NCBI GenBank assembly: GCA_965235115.1
Contig: OZ249447.1
Location: 9,114,001-9,178,000, forward strand
Length of the DNA stretch: 64,000 nucleotides
DNA from: Laetmonice hystrix
Taxonomy: Eukaryota
Direction of reading: 5' to 3'
Made by a program: the position numbers and the translations under genes. The notes beneath the pieces are model-generated. The model worked only from the letters and a program-made list of their open reading frames with translations. It made no database searches and had not been told where the DNA came from. Shown in pieces: positions 26,665 through 36,800 of this stretch (within the stretch, counting starts at the first letter, position 1; each line of letters opens with the position of its first letter).

Positions 26665-27918
26665 CACTCTTAGAATAAATGGTTCTGATTGGAACCTTTC
26701 TGGGTTCTATGTCTTGGCACGTATTCGGAACCCAGTTGGGTTCTTCACAGAACCTTACATCTAGGTTCCCTGTGGAACCCCAAATCGGACAGATATAAGG
26801 TTCCATGCAGAACCTATGTAGGTTCTTCAGGAAACTTCAAAAGGTTATTCGCAGAACCATTATCTTCACTTTCCTTAGTTCTTCCGGGAACTTCAAACAA
26901 AAGGTTGTTCAAAGAACCAATCCCCAGGGGTTCAATAAAGAACTTTTTTGTCCAAAATAGACATAAAATAAGCCAATACTGGATCTAAACTAGTTTGGAA
27001 CCAGTTGGTGCGAACCTTATGGCCAGGTGAATTCACAGGTTCATTTGTATAAAAGTTCAAACGTCTGCAGCCTAAGCTACTCCGTCTGAAAATATCGACT
27101 GTCTCAACCAAGGAGTTAACATAACGTCTTCTGGCCTGCAAAGATGGTGTTTCCTAGACAAATGTTAACGAACCACACTTCATGGGGGCCTAATTAGGCA
27201 ACTATTTGACCTTCCACTCATCACCATATGACAAAGACTGTATTAATATTATTATTAATCTATGCCATGGTCGTATTAGCCGGCGTTCATATGTAGGCCC
27301 CTTTTACGTCACGTCGGGGTTGAGGGTCAACTCGTGCTTGGTTTCTTGTATGGAACCCTTTTTTCTAGAAGAGTTCTACATAGAAACCTCAACATTTCAA
27401 AGAACCCTTAAAACCTTTCCTCCGGGTTCCACAAGGAACTCTAAATTTTTTTAGAACTTAAAAAAAAACAGGTGCCACAAGTAACTCAGAAGTTCTACTG
27501 GGAACCTCAAACAACCTATCTCTATACGTAGTCAGAGTATAATGCTTATCAGACTATAATAAATAGTTTCTCTGCAGTCGTCAAAGGTGTCAAGATCCTT
27601 AGGGGCTATTAAATAATGTTGATTGAACAACCTTCGTCTGAGTCAATAAAGTTTAGGGGCCTAAAGAACTAAAGAAAGGTTCATTGTGGAACTTTACATT
27701 CATAACAGGAACCCTTTTACTCTGTATAGAACATTTTGGTTCCACGTGGAACCTAACTTTCCTACAAGGAACCCTTCTCCCCCGTATAGAACCTTTTGGT
27801 TCCACATGGAACCCAACTTTCCTACAAAGAACCCTTTACCTCGTATAGAACCCTTTGGTTCCATGTGGAACTTCGAAGTTCTACAAAGAACCTCTAAGAA
27901 CCCTTATTTCTAAGAGTG
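26665..27918. mobile_element. Non-autonomous CACTA/EnSpm-like DNA transposon, 1254 bp
   Basis: Termini CACTCTTAGAATAAATGGTTCT and AGAACCCTTATTTCTAAGAGTG are inverted and flanked by TA. Dense subterminal GGTTC/GAACC repeats occur at both ends. Confidence 0.8.
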
Positions 27919-27961
27919 TACATGCCTGTATTTTAGTGGGTTTAGTGGGTTTAGTAGTCAG

Positions 27962-27964
<3 letters not shown>

Positions 27965-28041
<77 letters not shown>

Positions 28042-28050
28042 AGAGAGAGA
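27965..28050 (+). repeat. (GA)n microsatellite
   Basis: AG dinucleotide run with a few AC interruptions. Confidence 0.97.
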
Positions 28051-30379
28051 TAAATTGAAAGTCATTTCAAATTTTGTATTCGGCATACAACATATTGATT
28101 GCTTATGCAGAGCACTTTGGCAGGCCTCTTTATAAGAAATAAAATTTAAACAAAATCTGTCTCAAAAAAATGTTTGGCCTCACACTAGCACTTGTCCTTA
28201 AGAGGGAACTAGGCTATTTTGTGAAGTTAATCCCAAGAATGGCTTCCAGGCAACATATTGGCTTTCCATTTATTCTTATCTTTTGCCGTATAAAACCCCC
28301 CAATAATTCGAAACGTCAACCTTGAGCAGAACGCAACACACCCTTTTCCGTTTCGTTCCATTCTCTCTCTCGAGGTGGCGCTGTATCTCTTGCGTCTTCC
28401 AATGAATTCTGGCCCTAGGACATCCAGTCGAGTAGTGCCAATCGAGAGGTGGCGCTGTAGAACAAAAGGTGTGATTCGGATCACGAAACAAGCTTCCCTG
28501 TTGTAGAGCACATAGCCCCCAACTATTAAGTTTTGGAAGGTAGTGTATAGGCCTACTGTAGTGTTCTTTTGTGTCACCTTTCCAGATCACTCGAGGTCAC
28601 AAATGGTACTCAATCGAATGCGCTTCATATGGAGCACAGCCCAGAAGTAGCGGCATACCAAGATGTAATTTTAATTAGATTGAAATGGTACTCGTAAGTG
28701 AAAACTTAGATCTATATTTGACTTCTTATCCATGCTTCGGGCCGAGGGGCCTACTATATATGGCCGTGTCTTGCAGCGTTTTCACGCTGTGGATAGGCCT
28801 GACCCTTGAAAAATTGCATGATCTTGATATCACCTTTCCAGGTCACTCAAGGTCAAGAGAAGGTGCCAAATGAAAGCTGCTTCCTATCCATGATTAAGAG
28901 AGGCCTAACTATAAGGCCATATCTTGCAAGTTTTCCAGTTATTGAATCCAATACGATTATCGCCCTGAAATTGCATAACGAAATCAAATATGGTTGACGT
29001 GCCGCCATTTTAGATCTGACTTAGGACTAGCTTTGTAAGCCTATAGCAGCCGCGGATAGGCCTATAGCCTATAGGCCTATATTGTCAAATATAGGCCTAT
29101 AGGCCTAGGCCTATGCATAGGTTGAGGGGTGCCATGGGTGCGGGTGTGTGTGGGCGTGGGGTTGTGTAGGCAGACTATGTTTTGTGTGAACCTTTCAAGT
29201 AGGAAAATAACTTCGTAACGGGGGAAGGGTAACAACCCCCGTACCCCCCCCCCCCCCCCAAAAAAAAGAAAGAAAAAAAAATCCGCCACTGCATGCCTAC
29301 TCTCGGCATGGTATAAGCTGGTTTCCAGCTCCCTCGCTAGGTGACGCGTCGACCACAGAGCCACCTAGCGAGGGAGCAAGGGTAGATCTGGCCTATACAT
29401 AGACCAAGATAGGCCTATAAATAAAAATACATGTAGGGCCTATTCACAAGTGTGCTCAAAAATTTTCATTCACACACCAACCTTTGGCCCCTTGCTATCT
29501 GCCCCCCCCCCCCCCCCCCCCAATCAGCTCTAGGGCTAGCTACAGGTATAGGCCTAGACCTAGGCCTACATCAGGCCTGTCGGCCCAAGACCCCGACCTT
29601 GAGAAGGGGGAGTCTCTCACATGAATCCATAGGTAGCTTAGGCGTTGGCGTAGGCTATGGGGACTCTTTGGTTATGCTAAAGGGGGCAGAGGGGTTGATT
29701 TGCCGAAAATTTGGGGGGGGGGTGCTTGCTTTGCCCGAATTTTTCGCGAACCAACCAACTTAGGCATATAGGCCTATACTGAGGGGCTAGGCCTAGGCCT
29801 ATAGGCTACGGATCGCGCTTCTCAATCTCCTGTGCCTGTAATAGGCCTATAGGCCCTACTTTGGCCGTATACATGGGCTTTTTTTAAAAGAATTTTGTTG
29901 GAAACCTGGTTTCAGGGTCCGAATAATCTTCATTAAAAAAGGGGGAAATGAAAATTTAAGGGGGCCGGGCCCCTTGTGCCCCCTGGATTCCCCCAGTGAA
30001 TATTTATTTTAGGTCTAAGCCGAATAGGTGATATGTTTTTTGCCCGATGGTTAGCCCCCCCCCCCCTAAAAAAAATCCTGGATCCGCCCCTGCTAATTAA
30101 TGGAATTCTTAATTGTGCTGGGCCAGCGAAATAAGGGCGTCTCCAAAAAAATGAGAAAAGGCTAAAAAAATTCTGACTTTCTGGGAACTGAAAATAGGCT
30201 ATAGAATCTATGCGTAAATCCACAGCCTATGTCCTTGCATCCGGCCATAGGCCTATGCCTATGAGTATCAGTCAAGTGCTCCCAATTAAAAATGATAGTA
30301 ACACGTGGGCACGGTAGAACCTTGAAATTTGGCGGGGATTTCGTAAGTTAGAAAGGTGGCGCCACCAATGCCCCCCAGA

Positions 30380-31290
30380 GGCACACAAAATGGCGAACCA
30401 ATAGATATACCCCTCTACCGACAATTGAGAACCTGCTCACTCGGCTCCAAAATTTCCACGAGTTCGCGCATCGAAGACCCAGAAATAAGGCAACTTTGGG
30501 AGTAAATATTTACCACTTATGGTGAGTATTTATGGATATACCGACCCTATATTGGGAGATAGACATTATATTACATACACAGTCGTAAAACGTACAAATC
30601 TGTCGCATATTAAGGTAAATATTCGATGTCAACCAACGAAGGTATTCTCACTTCTTTGTTTGCTGCGGCTGCGCAGTGTCTGTTTACTGACTCGGCTCTC
30701 AGAGACGGAAAACAAACCAGAAACAAACGCCTAAAATATCACAATAAACCGAATTTCCACGATAAAAAGTCTCTCTTCGGAAAACCTCGAGAACCCTGCG
30801 ATATTTGAGAGAAATTTCAGCGACAAGAGGCGTGTGTGATTGTCAGAAAGTGACAATCGATTGACGGTGTCCGCACACCGTGTGTCGCAACCGGCTGACG
30901 ACGAGGAAGGTCGTGGTAAATTTCGCGCAAGCTCAAGCGCAGCCGCAAATCTTCGACGATGAGAAGTGTCCGATTTTGCGCATTGGGCTGCTCGAACACC
31001 GTAAACACAAGCACGACCGATGACTTTGGGGGGTCCTCAATTCTGATTCACGTTAAAGGGAAAGGTGAAGCAAGGAGTCGACATTAAAAAGATGTATTCG
31101 TGGATTTGAACGCAAATGGCAGCGTCAAATATGGCGAACCAGTTCCGCCCTACCCGCCTTTGACAGTCACAGTTGTGTGGGTGTAGGCGTCGTATGCACC
31201 AAGCACTGAACTGTCTGAAGCAGCTTGACTACGCTAGCCTAATCGATGGCGATGCTGTAGCAGTGTAGCTGTAGGCCTACTTTAGGCTAG
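30380..31290 (+). promoter_or_regulatory. Probable NRF1 promoter(s) and non-coding first exon(s)
   Basis: CpG-rich. YY1-type AAAATGGCG at about 30387 and AAATATGGCG at about 31127. Strong donor ATG|GTGAGT at about 30521. NRF1 is the nearest downstream + strand gene; the link is inferred. Confidence 0.45.
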
Positions 31291-33844
31291 TAGACTCTAG
31301 TACCTAGATCTTAGACTTGCTCTTTCGTTTTTGACATTTGACGACCGTAGGCCTACTAATATTTTGCGATAGAGTCTAGGCTCGCGTAAAAATAATGACA
31401 TCACTTTTAGAGTCTAACCTCTAATTTTAAACAAATAAAAAAATGGCCAACTTCCAGTTCCAGATTTAGGCCTAACACTAGTAACAGTAACATTACTTAC
31501 TGTATTAATATTGCTATAATACTAGAGTACAAAGGGTAATGTTAGTCTTTTCGATGACCCCCCCCCCCTCAGCGAACCGTACATAACAGAAAAACTCGTG
31601 TTTGGTTTTTTTTTTGCTTAGCTGACGAATTACAGATCGACGTTTTTCACAGTTTTTAAAAAGCGTATGCAGGGAGTGCCAAATCGAGTGACCGAGACAA
31701 CCAAAAAATCGGTCTGGGCAACTGGAATAAGCCGATCAGTTGCCCATTGAACAACTACGTACACTACAGCAATGGCTGTATAAATTATAATACAGTGGTC
31801 ACTAAATTTGTAGCCCGGGACTACCAAAAAATAAAAAACAACCATATTGACAAATTGTGGTTGCCCGGGGGCTACCATTAATGGCATTATTTTGGAAGCA
31901 TTATCCTAACCAACCGACATCATCACCAACATGACTCTGTAGCTAGGTCAGGGATATGCCGTATATATAGTCCCTTTAGCCGCGCATGTGCGTGTGCAGA
32001 AAAGCAGTGCGCGGCAATAGGGAGGTTGCGCCAGGAGCTTACAAAATTTTACACTAGGTGGCGCGTCGAATACGGGTTTCCGGCCCAGTTTGTTTGAAAA
32101 AATGCGGGGGTGCGTGGCAAATAGGTAGTGCGCAGCTAAAGGGACATATACGGTATATAGGATTTCAAGAGGGCATGGCACGCATATCCAAAAACGGGCA
32201 CTGTGATGAAGGGGCATTTGAACACACAAAGTCTTCTAAGGCACAGGGCACAGCCTGGAGATCAATTAACTGCATGTATTGACCAGCTCAAGTACCAGGG
32301 CTTGTCCTTTGAAAAAAGCAGGTGCACAAAATTTTGTGCACCTTGAAAGAGGTAGGCGCGCATTTTTTTTTTGTGCACCTAAAATGTGGTAGGCGCACAA
32401 TTTATTTTTGGGTCAGATGAGGTGTAATAGTGTGTATCCTCGCAAACCCTCACACATCCCATCCGTCTCGACTTCTGTTAATGATCAACCATAGGCACAT
32501 GGTTACTGCCAGGGTACAAGCACATACTGGAAAGGGTTAAGATCTTGCTTGAGCTGAAGCTTAACACTTACAATTGGCTGGTCTCAGCAGACAGCCAATC
32601 AAAAGCTTTTAAAAGTAAGATCTTCAGTTTTTATGAATTGAACCCAGGACTCACATTCTTTTAGGTCACACTTGTTCTGAGGCCATCATCATTGTTCCAA
32701 ATGGACTGAATAGGGCGCCTAAGTATGTCACGAGAATTCAAGAGATTTCGCGTTGTCGGGACAAGGAGCAGATAGCCTCGCTGGTTTAACATTGCGATGG
32801 CCATAGGGAACAGTGACAGTCAACTTTAAAATATTTTCATTCTGCAGTGAAGTCGCTGTTAATATTTAAACGTTACAATACATGATGGCTGGCATGTTTA
32901 CTCTGGGATAAAGTTTGTTTTATAGTTTAGAAAGTTAGATTGTGAATATACGGGCTGGTTTTTGTAAGCCTGTCGGCCCTGTCAATGCTAATCCTATGGG
33001 AAATTTTTTGACGTCACAATCGCATGGCGCACGTTTGGTGCTATCGCGAGCTGGTTTGAGGCTATTTAACGTCATTTGCATAACCAGGTCACGAGACTTA
33101 GGCGCCCTATAAATGAAAAAGACTTGACCTGGTCCCGAGGATGGACAGCACTTGCCGACAGGATGCAGAACCTACAATTTATTACACACACACAAACCAT
33201 ACCACACTCCAGTGCATCACACAAAAAAATGGTAGGAGTGCTAACATTCACACTCCTTAAAGTTAAACTAGTGTCCTGAGTGTGAATAGCACTCCTTAAA
33301 ATCGTACAGCTAAAATTGACAATGAGCTCTGTTAATATTTACGACATTAGTAACCTGAACAGCAAAGAATTTACATGTAGTTTGTACCACATAAAATGAC
33401 TGCTTTCATATTAATTTATAATTTATTGCGAGACTAAGGGGTGCAAGCGCGATCGCGCTCCTTAAACATGATGCACTGACACTGCATGTTTGGTCAGTGT
33501 TCTCGTGTCATTCATTTACTAGAAGCTGTTTCATTGCCCTCATAATATTTTTCTGTGTGGAGCTCTGCAACAAGATCTAAGAACTTTGAAACTTGGTAAC
33601 ATTTTGCCATTAAGTTACCTCCAGAGTCTGGAGTGTACATTGTACTACAACTGATTTGGAAAAAATAACACTGCTAATTTTAAACTTGCAAATTGCAAAA
33701 AAAGATCAATTAACAGGGATTTACAGTACCCTAGTAATATCCCTTGCTGTTTTGATTGGCTTGCTTCTAAAACTAGTGTTGGCAACTGTGGCCTGCTTGG
33801 GACCTTCTTGCAGGTTGCTCCACAGACTGCCGGGTTACCTTGCC

Positions 33845-36800
33845 ATGATGGACCACCGAGACCATGTGAATGTCACAGACACAAATCACGTGATGAGCAC
33901 ATCCATGATTATTGACGATGACCTGTCCGACGAGCCCAGTTCACCTGAAAGCACATTTGATGAATCAGTTCTCCTAGACTCCAGTGTAACTGGCGACGTT
34001 GCTGCTCAATTAGCAGCTGCAGGTGGGTAGAGCAACAGATGCTAAATTGTGAGCCTTAATTTATTATAGGTGTTGACATAAAACACACGTATGATGAACA
34101 ACACATCAATGATGAGTGACGGTCTGAGCGACGATGACAGCTCACCGGAGAGTCCCTCATATGATGAGACTGATCTGCTCAACGCCACTGATGAAGTTAT
34201 GGCACAGCTTGCTGCTGCAGGTTCGTCGAAAATGCATGCATATTTCTGCCGATCAAGCTGCAAAACCATGCATGGATGTTGTATTGTTTCAGAAATGTGA
34301 AAGTACCCGTATTCAAGAAGAATTCAGACTCTTTGATTTCCAGGAAAACAGCATCCACATTCCATCTTTTTGTTGTCCAATATGTAATACCTGTTTTAGT
34401 CACTGGATCAATTGTGAATGTGGATATATGTGTTCATTTTTGGCCAAAATGCTTTCATTTGAATATTTTTCCCTTCTGTTCTAGTTCTTTCTAATTTATT
34501 CTTTATTATCTAGACTAATTCCCAATGTTGTGTGAATTGTAATCATTTCATTTCTTTCTGGGTAAGATATTTCTCATATATTGCTTGCCATAGTTAGTTC
34601 AGTGCACCTGTTTAATTCTAGAGACATCATTGTGTGTTCATTTCTTTCAAAATATCTTAAGTAGTCAGCATTTTATGACAGCTTTGCTTCAGACGGTGAA
34701 CATGAAGGTTGAAATTTGTGAATGGAAACCCGAAAATTGCAAACAAAAGAATTCACATGCTTGGTCTCATCTATACAAATGCCAAGACGAAGTTTTATAT
34801 TTTGGTCTCCAATGCTATCAAGCATGGTTTAATAATGTCAATAAATAAATGAATATTGGTTCTACAGACATGAACATTTTCTACAGATTCACAGATATCC
34901 CCTTTTTGGGGATTGAAATGCCACCAAAAATGCACCAAATTTGTGTCTGAATTTTGAAATTTTCCTACCATTGACCACAAAATCATAAGTTTCAACAGTT
35001 TTGATATTTTCTCCTGATCATGTCTGGTTTCATAATAAAGCTAATGTGAGTACATGTAGGAAAGGCATCATAAAACCAGTTACAACCATAGTTCATGTCC
35101 GTATTCTCACATCTCTGGTTCCAGGGCCAATTGGTGTTGCAGCAGCTGCAGCTATAGCCACCGGTAAAAAGAGGAAAAGGCCTCATTCCTTTGAAACGAA
35201 CCCATCCATACGAAAACGACAACAAACACGGTTATTAAGGTAAGGCTCGATTTGATTTTGTAAACTGTTGACTGCTATTTATTGGATTTCAAGCCTTTAA
35301 ATAATGTCTCTAGTGTTCAAATCCATGACAACAGGTACCTAACTAGATTTACAACTGACTGTTCCAGAAAACTGAAGAACACAATTGACGAGTACACAAC
35401 AAGGGTTGGCCAACAAGCAGTTGTTCTGTGTTGTACTCCAGGAAAGCCAAGCCAGTCATCCCAGTCCTTTAAAGTGTTTGGATCACAACCTTTGGAAAAT
35501 GTTGTAAGTGTTTGAGAAGGAAATAGTCTGAGAAACATCATTTGTAATCATCTAGGTTGTAAAACAGTGAACAAAGCCCCCCCCCCCCCGCCCACACACA
35601 CACACACACACACACACTTTCAAAACTCTTTCCAGGTCCCTGTTCAGTATATACAGCAAATACAACACAGTGAATATGTATGGTATCCTTTTTGTTTGCA
35701 CTATTTCAGTTACGGAACTGTCGGCCAGCAGTCATGCAAGACTTGGAAGCATCTCTTGCCCAGCAGGCGCCGCCAGCACAGCCAGAGAACCCAGCCCTCC
35801 ATGAACTTCCCCCACTTGTCATAGATGGCATCCCCACACCTGTAGATAAAATGACACAGGTGCGTCATACCGTTGCTCTGTCCAGATTTTGAAGTTTTTT
35901 TGCAAGGTCTCAGATTTGGACAATGAGTATTTGGTGTTATTGCATTCTCCCAGAGAATATTTATAATTGGATCGGTGCTGGAGTGGCAGTGGTTTAAAAC
36001 ATGGCTTGACAGGAGTTAAATGAACTAGCTACCAGCTAGTCGAAAGTGAAAGCTCTTGTAAGCAGTCCAATGCCTCAACAATTGCAGGCCTATGCATACC
36101 CATGGCAGCATGTATAACATAGAAACTACATCCAGTCTGCCGACTCAATTAAAATGTATCTTTGGACAAAATTGGTAGCCAAGATATACTCGTTTACTCA
36201 TCCAAAGTCCAAGCTTGGGTAAGTGACATTTACAGAATTTGTCTGGCCCTCGCAGACTGTATTGGTCATATTAGCAGTTGGCAGGTCATTATCCTGTGCA
36301 AAGGTTGGATATCTTAGTGGCCTGAACAGTAATTTTATTGGTTATAAAAGTTTCTGGCCCATAAACTGATAAAGACCGTTGGATCATAATGGGACCCAGT
36401 GGGTCATAATTCCGGCTGGAACTGTATTTACACTTTCAGTATTGGAGTTATCATCTCATGTGTCATAATGATTCATATGCATTAATTATTATATATGACT
36501 GGTATATTAATGAAAATTGTATGAAAATATAATTCAGTAAAACCTAAAGGTGGGGCAGGGAGATCATCCGTGTGGGCACTTGGAGATGGATTGTAGGTGG
36601 GTGGGAGCATTCATCCCGAAAAGTTAGTTTCGAGCCATGCAAAGTAGAGCTAGCATTAAAATTTAACACAGATTTAGGTTTTAGGGATAGGAGCCGTGTC
36701 AGCCATATGGCCACCTTGTATTGCAGGCTCAGCTACGTGCCTTCATCCCCCTGATGCTCAAGTATGCCACTGGACGTGGCAAGCCGTGCTGGGGACGTGA

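Noticed and set aside
35683-35692. U12-type 5' splice site GTATCCTTTT in an NRF1 intron
   Set aside because: It sits in the pyrimidine tract 26 nt before an acceptor already served by a normal U2 donor. No upstream exon or U12 branch site fits.
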